Assembly (NCBI GenBank): GCA_964370545.1
Contig: CAYJJQ010000001.1
Location: forward strand, 133,560-197,559
Length of the DNA: 64,000 nucleotides
Reading direction: 5' to 3'
From: an uncultured Muribaculaceae bacterium
GTDB lineage: Bacteria; Bacillota_I; Bacilli_A; RF39; UBA660
In this document: one piece after another, positions 1 to 9,689 of the stretch
Position numbering within the stretch: position 1 is the first letter of the stretch
Layout of the letters: the number at the start of each line of letters is the position of its first letter
Translations under genes and position numbers: made by a program
The notes under the pieces: model-generated
Seen by the model: only the letters and a program-made list of their open reading frames with translations
Database searches by the model: none
What the model was told of the DNA's origin: nothing

Positions 1-32
1 ATGGAATTACATATTATTTTATAGGAGAATTT

Positions 33-1088
33 ATGAAAAAAATAATAGTAGTTTTAATTATGATATTATTAGTAATTCCAATTAATATAAATGCATCTAG
101 TTATATTGTGATGGATCAAAATAGTGGTAGAGTATTAAATGGAAGTAATTATAATGAAAGTTCATTAATTGCTTCCATTACTAAGATAATGACAACTATT
201 ATTGTTTTAGAAAATTCTGATTTAACAGATGAAGTAAAAGTTACTGAGGAAGTTTTAAAAGCATATGGTAGTGCAATATATATTGAAGTAGGTGAAGTAT
301 TAACTGTAGAAGATTTATTATATGGACTCATGCTTAGAAGTGGTAATGATGCAGCTATAATGCTTGCTGAACATGTAAGTGGATCTATGGAGTCTTTTGC
401 TAAATTAATGAATGATAAAGTAGATGAATTAGGTTTAAAAAATACTAATTTTGTTAACAATCATGGATTAGAAGAAACTGATGGAGCTAATAAATCAACA
501 GCATATGATATGGCTATAATTACTAAATATGCAATGGATAATTCTGTATATAGAAAAATATCTGGTACAGAAAGTATAACTGTTAAAAGTAGCTATAAAA
601 CTTATAGCTGGCAAAATAAAAACAGGCTTTTATTTAGCGAGGAGTATATAAATGGTGGTAAGACTGGTTATACAGAAAAGGCTGGAAGAACTTTAGTGAC
701 AACAAGTAGTCAGGATAATAAAGAAATAATTGTAGTAACAATAAGAGATGGTAATGATTTTGAAAATCATAAAACCTATCATGAAAATATACTTAATAAT
801 TATGAGGCATTTAAAGTTCTTGATAAAGATGTTACTAGTGTAAAAACTGAAGAAGAAGTATTATATGTAAAAAATGATTATTATGCATTAGTAAAAGAAA
901 GTGAAATAGATAACTTAGAAATTAAGTATGAAATATATGATGAAATAATAAGTAATGTTGCAGGTGTTGCAAAAGTATATTTAAATGATTTTTTATTACA
1001 TGAAGAGTATATGTATGTAGAAGAAGATAAAGGAAATGTATTTACTAATTTCTTTGATAAAATATTAGGGTGGTTTAAATCATGGTAA
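33..1088 (+). CDS. dacB: D-alanyl-D-alanine carboxypeptidase (peptidase S11, sporulation DacB-like)
   Basis: 351-aa ORF with a signal peptide. Low-MW PBP motifs SxxK (SITK), SxN (SGN) and KTG (KTGYT) are present. aggag RBS. Followed by spmA-spmB as in the B. subtilis dacB operon. Confidence 0.9.
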   Translation: MKKIIVVLIMILLVIPININASSYIVMDQNSGRVLNGSNYNESSLIASITKIMTTIIVLENSDLTDEVKVTEEVLKAYGSAIYIEVGEVLTVEDLLYGLMLRSGNDAAIMLAEHVSGSMESFAKLMNDKVDELGLKNTNFVNNHGLEETDGANKSTAYDMAIITKYAMDNSVYRKISGTESITVKSSYKTYSWQNKNRLLFSEEYINGGKTGYTEKAGRTLVTTSSQDNKEIIVVTIRDGNDFENHKTYHENILNNYEAFKVLDKDVTSVKTEEEVLYVKNDYYALVKESEIDNLEIKYEIYDEIISNVAGVAKVYLNDFLLHEEYMYVEEDKGNVFTNFFDKILGWFKSW

Positions 1089-1663
1089 GTGTTATATGGG
1101 GTTGTTTAATAATTATCGGAATAACATACGGTTTATTAAGTGGTAATATTGATGCAATAAATAATAGTATTTTATCTAATGGTAATGAAGCAATAAAGTT
1201 ATTTATTAGTATACTGCCTATTATAGTAATATGGACTGGTGTAATGAAAATAGCAGAAGATAGTGGTTTGCTTAAAAAAGTGGCTAGATTATTTGAACCA
1301 ATTCTAAAAAGATTATTTCCTAAAGTTCCGAAAGATAATCCAGCACTAGGTTATATAGCTTCTAATGTAGCTGCTAATATGATGGGATTAGGTAGTGCTG
1401 CAACACCATTTGGATTAAAGGCTATGAATGAACTTCAAAAAATAAATCCTAAAAAAGATACAGCATCATCATCTATGATAACTTTTTTAGTTCTTAACAC
1501 TGGTGGAGTTACTATAATACCAACAACGGTAATAGCACTTAGAATTGCAGCAGGTAGCACTAGTCCAACAAGTATTGTTGTTCCAGCCATTATAGCAACA
1601 TTATTATCAAACTTTTGTGGATTATGTTTAGACTACTTTATAAGGAGAAAAAACAGTGAGTGA
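1082..1663 (+). CDS. spmA: spore maturation protein A (nucleoside-recognition/Gate domain membrane protein)
   Basis: 193-aa polytopic membrane ORF overlapping the dacB stop (ATGGTAA). Position and length match spmA of the dacB-spmA-spmB operon. Confidence 0.85.
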   Translation: MVSVIWGCLIIIGITYGLLSGNIDAINNSILSNGNEAIKLFISILPIIVIWTGVMKIAEDSGLLKKVARLFEPILKRLFPKVPKDNPALGYIASNVAANMMGLGSAATPFGLKAMNELQKINPKKDTASSSMITFLVLNTGGVTIIPTTVIALRIAAGSTSPTSIVVPAIIATLLSNFCGLCLDYFIRRKNSE

Positions 1664-2174
1664 TATTTCTAAAATAATTATTCCATTTTTTATGCTGTTT
1701 ATAATATTATATGGATTTAAGAAAAAAACAAATTTATATGATTCATTTTTAGAAGGTGCTAAGGAAGGATTATCATTATCTATAAATATATTACCAGCAA
1801 TATTAGGTATGATATTTGCTATTAATATATTTTTAGATAGTAATTTTTTAGTCTTTTCATTATCCAAAATATCATTTGTATTTGATTTAATAAATATACC
1901 GTTTGAAATATTACCAATGGCAATATTAAGACCAATTTCAGGAACTGCCACCTTAACAATAATGAATGATATATTTTTAAAATATGGTCCAGATTCATTT
2001 GTAGGTAATCTATCTTCAATAATGCAAGGATGCACTGACACAACATTATATGTACTAGCTTTATACTTTGGATCAATAAAAATAACTAAAAGTAGATATG
2101 CGCTTAAAGTAGGGTTATTTGCAGATTTTATAGGAATAATCTTGGCTGTTGTATTAACTAATTTGTTCTTTTAG
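1656..2174 (+). CDS. spmB: spore maturation protein B
   Basis: 172-aa membrane ORF with GTG start after aaggag, overlapping the spmA end. Third gene of the dacB-spmAB arrangement. Confidence 0.85.
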   Translation: MSDISKIIIPFFMLFIILYGFKKKTNLYDSFLEGAKEGLSLSINILPAILGMIFAINIFLDSNFLVFSLSKISFVFDLINIPFEILPMAILRPISGTATLTIMNDIFLKYGPDSFVGNLSSIMQGCTDTTLYVLALYFGSIKITKSRYALKVGLFADFIGIILAVVLTNLFF

Positions 2175-2209
2175 TAAAAAAGTGGTATAATGTTATCGGT
2201 GTTTTATTT

Positions 2210-2932
2210 ATGGAAAGACTACAAAAAGTTATAGCTAGTTATGGATACTGCTCGAGAAGAAAAGCAGAAGATCTAATATTAGCAAAAAAAGTAAAGGTTA
2301 ATGATGAACTTGTCACTGAATTAGGTGCAAAAGTTTCTAGAAGCGATTTAATAAAAATAAATGGCGTTTTAATTAATAAAGAAATTGTTAAACAATATTT
2401 TATTCTTAATAAACCTAGAAGTGTTGTTTCTTCAGTTACAGATGATAAAGGAAGAATAACTGTTACAGATTTGATTAATACTAAAGAGAAAATATATCCA
2501 GTTGGCAGACTTGATTATGATACAACTGGCTTAATTATACTTACTAATGATGGTGATTTTGCTAACTATTTAATGCATCCGAGAAATAAAGTTCGAAAAA
2601 CATATTTAGCTAAACTGGAAGGTATTATTGATGCTAATGCAGTTGCTAAATTAAAATCAGGATTTAAAATCGGTGATAGAGAAGTTGAAATTGTCAATTT
2701 CAAAGTTAGAAAAAAAGATCATATAAAAAATACTACAATGATAGAATTAACTATTATTGAAGGTAGAAATCATATAGTAAAAAGATTATTTGAAAAGTTA
2801 GGTTTTACAGTAATGAAACTTACTAGAACAAAATATGGTCACTTAGATTTAGGAAAATTACAATCTGGCGAATATAAAGAATTAACTACTAAAGAATTAA
2901 AGAAATTTTATGCAAACAAAAACATTAATTAG
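2210..2932 (+). CDS. rluB: 23S rRNA pseudouridine synthase, RsuA/RluB family
   Basis: N-terminal S4 domain (RLQKVIASYGYCSRRKAEDLI) and catalytic motif GRLDYDTTGLIILTNDG. Confidence 0.9.
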   Translation: MERLQKVIASYGYCSRRKAEDLILAKKVKVNDELVTELGAKVSRSDLIKINGVLINKEIVKQYFILNKPRSVVSSVTDDKGRITVTDLINTKEKIYPVGRLDYDTTGLIILTNDGDFANYLMHPRNKVRKTYLAKLEGIIDANAVAKLKSGFKIGDREVEIVNFKVRKKDHIKNTTMIELTIIEGRNHIVKRLFEKLGFTVMKLTRTKYGHLDLGKLQSGEYKELTTKELKKFYANKNIN

Positions 2933-2944
2933 ATTAATGTTTTT

Positions 2945-3202
2945 TTATTGGCATCCGCCTTCACAGTTATCACAGCTGCAAGGTTCACAAGAACAACTAG
3001 ATTCAGTTAATTCAGAATCTTCCATTATAATTGCGTTTGTAGGGCAACTTTCTAGAGCATTAATAGTTGAATTGTTTTCTAAGCTTTCACTAGAAATTAC
3101 TTCCGCAAGACCGTCGTCATTAAAATCAAAATGAGTAGGATCTACAGCAATACAAGCTCCACAACCAATACAAGCTCCTTCTCTTATTACAAGTTTTTTC
3201 AT
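2945..3202 (-). CDS. monocluster 4Fe-4S ferredoxin with a Cys-rich C-terminal tail
   Basis: CIGCGACxxx...CP cluster motif in the first 55 aa. A C-terminal CSCEPCSCDNCEGGC extension follows. Confidence 0.85.
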   Translation of the reverse strand: MKKLVIREGACIGCGACIAVDPTHFDFNDDGLAEVISSESLENNSTINALESCPTNAIIMEDSELTESSCSCEPCSCDNCEGGCQ

Positions 3203-3303
3203 ACTTTCCTCCTTGTATAATTATAGTAAAGAATAGTTTAAAATGCAAGAAATTGTTTAAAACTATTGTAAAGTATGATATTATTTATGTGGAAGGTGCG
3301 CTT

Positions 3304-4125
3304 ATGGATAGTAGAATGTCAAAATATGGTGAAGAAACAGTACAATTAAAATCTAGAGTTTCTGCCAATGAAGAATTATATAAAAATTTAAATAAAAGTG
3401 AACTTGATAACTTTAATTTAAATAATAATACTACTGTAATTGGTGATAGTAAAAAAGAAATTGATATTGATAAAATTAAAAAAATCCTTGATACTAAATA
3501 TAATGAAAATGCACCACAAAGAAAAAGTATACGCTTAGAACAAGATGATAGTGAAATAACTTATGAAACTGAGCTTGAAAGTACTAAAGAATACGATATA
3601 AATGTAATTTTAGAAAAAGCTAAAGATGAAAAAGTTTCTAATTATGAGGAAGATCGTTTAAAAAAGCTAAGAGATACTCAGTTTGATATATTAAATAACT
3701 TAGATTTTAATAAAAAAGAAGATAAAACTACTTCTGATAAAGAAAATCTATTAGAACTGATCAATACTATTACAATTAATGAAGATAAAATTAAAGAAGC
3801 TGCAGAAGAAAAAGAGTCAACAAGTTTATTTTCACACCTTAAAGAAGATGATGTAGAGGATACAAAAGAAAATGAAACTGTTGAAACTACTTTAGTAAAT
3901 AAAGTAGCAGACAAAAAAGATGATCAAGTAGTTACTAGTACTATTACTTCAATAAAAAATAATTCACTTGATACAACTAATGTTAAATTTAATAAAAAAG
4001 ATTTTGAAAATTTAAATTTAGATGATGGAAAAAGAAATATAATAACAGAAATACTTGTAGTAATTATATTAATAGCTTTTGTTGTTGGAATGTATTTATT
4101 CTTTAGTAGTATCTTAAATTTTTAA
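3304..4125 (+). CDS. hypothetical acidic protein with C-terminal transmembrane anchor
   Basis: Long ORF. ATG at 3304 is preceded by ggaaggtg; the ORF-track start at 3253 has no RBS. K/E/D/N-rich body and a C-terminal hydrophobic helix (ILVVIILIAFVVGMYLFF). Confidence 0.6.
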   Translation: MDSRMSKYGEETVQLKSRVSANEELYKNLNKSELDNFNLNNNTTVIGDSKKEIDIDKIKKILDTKYNENAPQRKSIRLEQDDSEITYETELESTKEYDINVILEKAKDEKVSNYEEDRLKKLRDTQFDILNNLDFNKKEDKTTSDKENLLELINTITINEDKIKEAAEEKESTSLFSHLKEDDVEDTKENETVETTLVNKVADKKDDQVVTSTITSIKNNSLDTTNVKFNKKDFENLNLDDGKRNIITEILVVIILIAFVVGMYLFFSSILNF

Positions 4126-4144
4126 AAATTTCATATATTATTAT

Positions 4145-4855
4145 ATGAAGTTTTTTTTTGATAAGAAAATATTATATGTATTATTGGCTTTTATTATTTG
4201 CGTAGGTGTTACTACACAAAGTATTTTTATTTGGTACTTAGAAAAAGTTACTCCTAAAATAAATCAAATAGTAGTTGCTAAGTTAGAAAAAATAACTTAT
4301 GAAATAATAACTGATAAAATAAATACTGATTTAATTAATGAAAATAATTTAAAAGATATTATTCATATAACTAAAAATAATGAAGGAGAAATATTAACTG
4401 TTGATTACAATTTAGAAAAAGCATATAGTGTTAATAATACTATAAATAATTCTATTAGAAATTCTCTTAATCACTTAGAAACAGGTGCTTTACAAAATAG
4501 TGAGTTTTTAGTAGGAGATAATAGTATATATATTCACGAACCATTATTTGTAGCATCAGATTATGCACTACTATCTAATTTCGGTCCTAAAATACCCATT
4601 AAAATTAGTTTTATAGGTACTATTGTAACTAATTTAGAAACTAGGATAACTAGTTATGGTCTTAATAATGTATTAAATGAAATATATGTAAAGGTAGAAA
4701 TTAGTGAATTAATTACAACTCCAACAACCTCACATACTATAAAACTTGAATATGATATTCTTATTGATGCTACAATGATTAATGGGAGAGTGCCTTCATT
4801 TTATGGAGGAGAAATTACTACAGAAAGTAACATTTTAGATATTCCATTAGAATAA
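4145..4855 (+). CDS. yunB: sporulation protein YunB
   Basis: N-terminal TM helix. Blocks ALLSNFGPKIPIKISFIGTIVTNLETRITSYGLNNV and INGRVPSFYGGE match my recollection of B. subtilis YunB (ALLGNLGPKIPVRF..., IQGDVPQFYNGG). Confidence 0.8.
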   Translation: MKFFFDKKILYVLLAFIICVGVTTQSIFIWYLEKVTPKINQIVVAKLEKITYEIITDKINTDLINENNLKDIIHITKNNEGEILTVDYNLEKAYSVNNTINNSIRNSLNHLETGALQNSEFLVGDNSIYIHEPLFVASDYALLSNFGPKIPIKISFIGTIVTNLETRITSYGLNNVLNEIYVKVEISELITTPTTSHTIKLEYDILIDATMINGRVPSFYGGEITTESNILDIPLE

Positions 4856-4878
4856 CATTTGTGCTATACTTATAATAG

Positions 4879-5664
4879 GTGAGAATAGTGAATTCGTATT
4901 TTATAAATGAAGCAATAGATATATCAATAAAAAGTTATTTAGATCACAAATTAACTCCAGATAGTTTGGAGTTTAATTCATTTAATGTGATAATAATACG
5001 TATGCTTTCTTTAATTTACGGAGAATTAGACATCACTAGTCCTTATATTGGACATAACGAAGATTTATTTGCTTCAAATTTAAAAAAATATGAATTAAAT
5101 GAAAACAATTATAATAATTTTATAAATAATATGCAAGCATATTATGTTGAAGATAAAAGTGGTAAAATACCAAATTCAATGTATATACCAGTTATTAATT
5201 TAGTAATTGATATGTTTACTTTAAAGAAAAATAATTTTAAAGTAACAATGGAAGAAACAGAACATTTTAAATTTTTAATTAAAAGTTTGAATTCGCCTTT
5301 TGAAACTCAAATATTAAATTACTTTGATACAGGCATTCATAAAAATATTATTTCTGCTAACATAGTAAAACCTAAAAAAATGTTAGCGCCAGAAGCATAT
5401 ACTGTTATTAACAAGAATTATACTGATATTGCACTTCTTAGTGCAGAGGATATAGAAAAAATAAACTCTGAAGTATATAAAGTTTTAGAAGTAAATGAAA
5501 AAGAACCTAATTTTGAATATTTATTTGAAAAAGCATTAATTGATTTTTGGAATAAAAGAGCTCCACTTACTAGTGGAAATGGTTACGTTGATATTTTATT
5601 GATACTTGGAATAATATGTACTATAATATTATTAGTAATTATTGGAACAATAATATTTTTATAG
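4879..5664 (+). CDS. hypothetical protein with C-terminal transmembrane anchor
   Basis: 261-aa ORF with GTG start. C-terminal helix ILLILGIICTIILLVIIGTIIFL. No family recognised. Confidence 0.55.
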   Translation: MRIVNSYFINEAIDISIKSYLDHKLTPDSLEFNSFNVIIIRMLSLIYGELDITSPYIGHNEDLFASNLKKYELNENNYNNFINNMQAYYVEDKSGKIPNSMYIPVINLVIDMFTLKKNNFKVTMEETEHFKFLIKSLNSPFETQILNYFDTGIHKNIISANIVKPKKMLAPEAYTVINKNYTDIALLSAEDIEKINSEVYKVLEVNEKEPNFEYLFEKALIDFWNKRAPLTSGNGYVDILLILGIICTIILLVIIGTIIFL

Positions 5665-5673
5665 GGAGAGTTT

Positions 5674-5946
5674 ATGGAATTTAATGATATAAAATATGAA
5701 GTAATTAAAGAAGAAAAAGATGCAATTGATATAGAATTGCTTAAAGACAAAATAACAGATTACTTTAAAGCATATGATTATATAGTAGGGGATTGGGCAT
5801 ATGGAAAAGTTAGATTAAAAGGTTTTTGTGATAAAGATAATAAACTATATAAACCTTTAAATGATTATGATAAAGTAAACGATTATATCGAAGAAAAATG
5901 TGCTCATGGATGTAAATATTTTATTATAAAAAAAATTGATAAATAA
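5674..5946 (+). CDS. yutD: YutD-family protein (DUF1027)
   Basis: YDYIVGDWAYGKVRLKGF and C-terminal HGCKYFIIKKI match B. subtilis YutD (YDYIVGDWGYGQLRLKGF ... FGCAYFVLKRI). gggag RBS. Confidence 0.85.
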   Translation: MEFNDIKYEVIKEEKDAIDIELLKDKITDYFKAYDYIVGDWAYGKVRLKGFCDKDNKLYKPLNDYDKVNDYIEEKCAHGCKYFIIKKIDK

Positions 5947-5991
5947 TATATACTATGCTATAATTAATTAGAATAAGAAGGGAAGATAAAA

Positions 5992-6819
5992 ATGGGGAAA
6001 ATTAAATTAAAATTAGTTTCTGGAAGTGAAGTAGAAAAGAATTTAATAAATGCTTTTAAATCAGAAAATGAAACATATATAGTATTTGATAATGAGTCAG
6101 TAGGAGCTATGGGGTTACCTATTATTTTAGTTTCCAAAGTATTTGATAATAAAGTTACTAAAATTATAGAACAAACAGAGTGGCAAAAAGCTAAAGAACA
6201 ATTAAAATTAATTATTGCTGGTAATGCAGTAGAATTTGTTAATGTTGCTCCGGAAATGGTAGCAGATGATATTTACTTTACTCAATTAACATTACCTATA
6301 GCGTCATTTGAAGCCCTTAAAAACAATTATAAACCTACAGGAGAAGCTCCAAGCGCTCCTGCAGCAGTTACGACTGCTCCAGAGGTACCTGTGGCTCCAG
6401 TAGCTCCAGTAGCACCTATAATGCCTGAAGTGGTTCCAGTTGTACCTGAAGTAGCTCCAATGCCAGAGGTTACACCGGTGGTACCAGAAATAACACCAGT
6501 GATGCCAGCAATGCCTGAAGCAACTCCAGTTATTCCAGAACCAGTTCCGATGCCTGAAGTAGCACCGATAGTGCCTGAAATAACTCCAGTAATGCCAGTG
6601 ATGCCTGAAGCGGCGCCAGTTATTCCAGAGCCTGCTCCAATGCCTGAAGTAGCACCTGTAGTGCCGGAAATAACTCCGATAGTGCCAGTGATGCCTGAAG
6701 CGGCGCCAATTGTTAATACTGAAGTAAAGGCAATTGATATGGATGAACTTAAGAAAAATTTTATGCAATCTTGTGAAAAAATGTTTGATGAATTAGTTGA
6801 ACAATTAAAAAATAACTAA
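5992..6819 (+). CDS. hypothetical protein with a central Pro/Val/Glu/Ala-rich repeat region
   Basis: 275-aa ORF with a good RBS. A globular N-terminal domain of about 115 aa is followed by about 125 aa of PEVAP/PEITP/MPEA repeats and a short helical C-terminus. Confidence 0.75.
   Translation: MGKIKLKLVSGSEVEKNLINAFKSENETYIVFDNESVGAMGLPIILVSKVFDNKVTKIIEQTEWQKAKEQLKLIIAGNAVEFVNVAPEMVADDIYFTQLTLPIASFEALKNNYKPTGEAPSAPAAVTTAPEVPVAPVAPVAPIMPEVVPVVPEVAPMPEVTPVVPEITPVMPAMPEATPVIPEPVPMPEVAPIVPEITPVMPVMPEAAPVIPEPAPMPEVAPVVPEITPIVPVMPEAAPIVNTEVKAIDMDELKKNFMQSCEKMFDELVEQLKNN
6460..6713 (+). repeat. 90-bp tandem repeat, about 2.8 copies, in-frame inside the CDS
   Basis: Units start at 6460, 6550 and 6640, each beginning atgcc(a/t)ga(g/a)gt. 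Each encodes MPEV(A/T)P(V/I)VPEITP(V/I)(M/V)P(A/V)MPEA(A/T)PVIPEP(A/V)P. Copies differ by scattered substitutions. Confidence 0.9.
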
Positions 6820-6867
6820 TAAAAGGACTTAATGTTCTTTTTTTTTCATATAAATTATTGTGAGATT

Positions 6868-7788
6868 ATGAAAGAAAGCATTGAATATAATTATAATATT
6901 ACTATAGATAACTTTAATGAAGAAAATAATGTTTGTTCATTTATTTATTATAATGATACATATTTGTTTGTTCAATATTTACGAGAAAAAAATGAAATAG
7001 ATGATATTATTAGTTGTAGTAAAGAATTAAAAACAAAAAACATAATATCATATGATATTATGTTTAATAAAGAAAATAAAGTAATTACTAAAATAGATGA
7101 TGTTAATTATGTGATGCTAAAGCTATCAGGTGATATTAATGAAGATATAGACATAATTAAAATGATAGATTTAAATAGAAAAACTAAAATTAATGAAGAA
7201 CAAATGAATAAATATAAAAATAATTGGGATATATTATGGTCTGAAAAAATAGATTATTTTGAATATCAAATAAGCCAATTAGGAAAATCTAAATATATTA
7301 TATTGGATTCATTTAGTTACTATGTGGGATTAGCTGAAAATGCTATAGCATTAGCTCAATTTGCAAATAAAAATGGAAACTATGGTAAGGCAAGCAAAGT
7401 ATGTTTATCTCATAGAAGAATATATCATCCAAATTTAGCTCTTAATTATTATAATCCGATCAGCTATATTTTTGATTTAGAAGTAAGAGATATCGCAGAA
7501 TATATTAAGAGTATATTTTTTAGTGGGGAAGATGCTTTTTTAGAAATAACAACATACTTAAAGAGTAATAAGTTAGATCAATATAGTTATTATATGTTAT
7601 ATGCTAGGTTATTATTTCCATCTTATTATTTTGATTTATACGAACAAATTATAGAAAATAAAATTAATGAAGATAACATACTTTCAATAATTAAAGATGT
7701 TGATAAATATGAAGAATTCTTAAAAAAAACATATTTAGAAATTTCTAAATATGTTAATATTGATAAAATAGAGTGGTTGTTAAAATGA
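6868..7788 (+). CDS. CotS/YutH-like spore-coat kinase-fold protein
   Basis: Kinase-like segment LSHRRIYHPNL (HxDxxxxN pattern with D replaced by R) and IFDLEVRDIAEY. It sits between yutD and nfu where B. subtilis has yutH. ATG 6868 is preferred over the upstream 6832. Confidence 0.55.
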   Translation: MKESIEYNYNITIDNFNEENNVCSFIYYNDTYLFVQYLREKNEIDDIISCSKELKTKNIISYDIMFNKENKVITKIDDVNYVMLKLSGDINEDIDIIKMIDLNRKTKINEEQMNKYKNNWDILWSEKIDYFEYQISQLGKSKYIILDSFSYYVGLAENAIALAQFANKNGNYGKASKVCLSHRRIYHPNLALNYYNPISYIFDLEVRDIAEYIKSIFFSGEDAFLEITTYLKSNKLDQYSYYMLYARLLFPSYYFDLYEQIIENKINEDNILSIIKDVDKYEEFLKKTYLEISKYVNIDKIEWLLK

Positions 7789-8004
7789 TATGTTAATAAC
7801 TCCTTCAATTTCAGGTATTTCTGATTTTAAAAATTCAAGAACACTTTCATTTATAGTAACATCTTGTAATTCACATTCAGCACAATTACCTAGTAATTTT
7901 ACAAAAACGTAGTTATCTTCAAATTTAACAAATTCTATATCTCCGCCATCCATATTAATATATGGTCGTATTTTTTCAATAACATTTATAATTTTTTCTT
8001 CCAT
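7780..8004 (-). CDS. NifU-like (Nfu/YutI) Fe-S cluster carrier domain protein
   Basis: 74-aa ORF with IRPYINMDGGDIEFVKFEDNYVFVKLLGNCAEC (Nfu C-terminal domain CxxC). Confidence 0.8.
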   Translation of the reverse strand: MEEKIINVIEKIRPYINMDGGDIEFVKFEDNYVFVKLLGNCAECELQDVTINESVLEFLKSEIPEIEGVINISF

Positions 8005-8076
8005 ATAAAACCTCCTACATATTATATCACATTTGCCTATAGATTTATATTGTGTTATAATTTTATCGAGGTATAT

Positions 8077-8427
8077 ATGAAAAATTATAAAGTAGGGGAC
8101 ATAATTAAATGTATGGTTACAGCTATTGAAAGTTATGGTTTTTTTGTTAGTACAGACTTATGGTATTCAGGTTTAGTACATATTTCTGAAATGACAGATG
8201 GATATGTGAAAGATATAAATAGTTATGTTAAAATTGGGGATGTTATTTACTGTCAAATTTTAGAAGTAGACGATACTAACCAACAAATTAAATTATCAAT
8301 AAAAAATATTAATTATAAAGCAGCGAAAAATAAGGGTGATAAATTTGAAGAAATGTCTAGTTTTGAACCATTAAGAGAAGCTCTTCCAAATTGGATTGAT
8401 ACTAAAATCAAAGAATTAAACAAATAA
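8077..8427 (+). CDS. S1 RNA-binding domain protein (YugI/GSP13-like)
   Basis: VGDIIKCMVTAIESYGFFVS...GLVHISEM...GDVIYCQILEVD...IKLSIK is a typical S1 fold signature. Confidence 0.8.
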   Translation: MKNYKVGDIIKCMVTAIESYGFFVSTDLWYSGLVHISEMTDGYVKDINSYVKIGDVIYCQILEVDDTNQQIKLSIKNINYKAAKNKGDKFEEMSSFEPLREALPNWIDTKIKELNK

Positions 8428-8432
8428 AAAAA

Positions 8433-8460
8433 CAGTTAGAAATAACTGATTTTATTTTTT
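8433..8460. terminator. bidirectional intrinsic terminator between the S1 gene and the tRNA cluster
   Basis: Hairpin cagtta-gaaa-taactg flanked by an A-run on the left and a T-run on the right. Confidence 0.5.
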
Positions 8461-8462
8461 TC

Positions 8463-8538
<76 letters not shown>

Positions 8539-8542
8539 ATCA

Positions 8543-8618
8543 TGGCGGTCCCGACCGGGTTCGAACCGGCGATCTCTTGCGTGACAGGCAAGCGTGATAA
8601 CCGCTACACTACGGGACC
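8543..8618 (-). tRNA. tRNA-Asp (GUC)
   Basis: 76 nt, GGTCCCGTAGTGTAGCGG... Anticodon loop CUGUCAC. Encoded CCA. Confidence 0.9.
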
Positions 8619-8624
8619 TTAAAA

Positions 8625-8702
<78 letters not shown>

Positions 8703-8715
8703 ATAACAAAAAAAT

Positions 8716-8808
8716 TGGCGGAGGAAAAGGGATTCGAACCCCTGCGCCGGTTACCCGACCTTCTGGTTTTCAAGACCAGCCCCTTCAACCGGACTTGGGT
8801 ATTCCTCC
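8716..8808 (-). tRNA. tRNA-Ser (UGA)
   Basis: 93 nt with a long variable arm. Anticodon loop CUUGAAA. Encoded CCA. Confidence 0.9.
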
Positions 8809-8943
8809 GTTTTTGGTACAAACAAATTATATCATATAAAAAAAGCCAATGTCAACAAAAAATGGTGTTTTACCTAGGAAAAATCAGTTTTATGTAGTTG
8901 ACTAATATAATATATTAGAATATAATTTCCTTAGGAGAGCATT

Positions 8944-9507
8944 ATGATTAACTTAGAAAATTATTATTTATATAGCTTATATGAAATAAATTCTATAAAA
9001 GATCCAGTTCTAAAAGAAGAAATACTTACAAAATATGATGAAATAATGACTACAATGTTAATTGGTAATGAAGATTTTTTATATTATGGAATGTCTATAT
9101 CTTCTGCTTATAATCATTTAGAAAATTACAAAGAAGCTAATACGAGTATATATTTATTTCCAGGAGATACTCTTTTATATTATCCTAAAATTAGTGAAGT
9201 AAAAGCATCTAAAAATTATACTTGCCTAATGTCTGGAGCTACTATTAAAGAAGGTAGTAATCACATTGTTTTTAAAGTAGCAATATTTAATAAATCTAAT
9301 AATATTTTTTATATTACAAAAGAACTGCGTTTTGAAAATCATTTAAATTTTGATGTTCCAAAAACATTGATAGAATTTGAAAATTTAATTTTGGATATTG
9401 AATCTAGTGTTGAAAATCGTGATGCATTTTATGATTTTTATGTTAATAATGGTGGAAATATAGAACTATATCAATTAAAAAGAAGAAAAAATCAAAAAAA
9501 ATCTTGA
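8944..9507 (+). CDS. hypothetical protein
   Basis: 187-aa ORF with aggag RBS and a TGA stop. No family recognised. Lies between two tRNA loci. Confidence 0.55.
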   Translation: MINLENYYLYSLYEINSIKDPVLKEEILTKYDEIMTTMLIGNEDFLYYGMSISSAYNHLENYKEANTSIYLFPGDTLLYYPKISEVKASKNYTCLMSGATIKEGSNHIVFKVAIFNKSNNIFYITKELRFENHLNFDVPKTLIEFENLILDIESSVENRDAFYDFYVNNGGNIELYQLKRRKNQKKS

Positions 9508-9562
9508 ATATTTAGTAAAAACATATTATAATGTAATAGTCTTATTTGTTAAGACAGTGCCT

Positions 9563-9651
9563 GCCCATGTGGCGGAATAGGTAGACGCACAGGACTTAAA
9601 ATCCTGCGAAGGTTATACTTCGTGCCGGTTCAATTCCGGCCGTGGGCACCA
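9563..9651 (+). tRNA. tRNA-Leu (UAA)
   Basis: 89 nt with a long variable arm. Anticodon loop CUUAAAA. Acceptor GCCCATG/CGTGGGC. Encoded CCA. Confidence 0.9.
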
Positions 9652-9689
9652 GTTTATAAATAAATATTCTTTTATTGAATATTTTTTTA

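Noticed and set aside
6460-6713. Tandem repeats as a CRISPR array or minisatellite outside genes
   Set aside because: The repeats are contiguous with no spacers, in-frame, and translate into a coherent proline-rich peptide within a single ORF.
6304-6768. 154-aa minus-strand ORF (W/R/H/Y-rich) opposite the proline-rich repeat
   Set aside because: It is an artefact of the GC-rich, stop-poor tandem repeat. It has no RBS, a nonsensical composition, and is fully antisense to a better-supported CDS.
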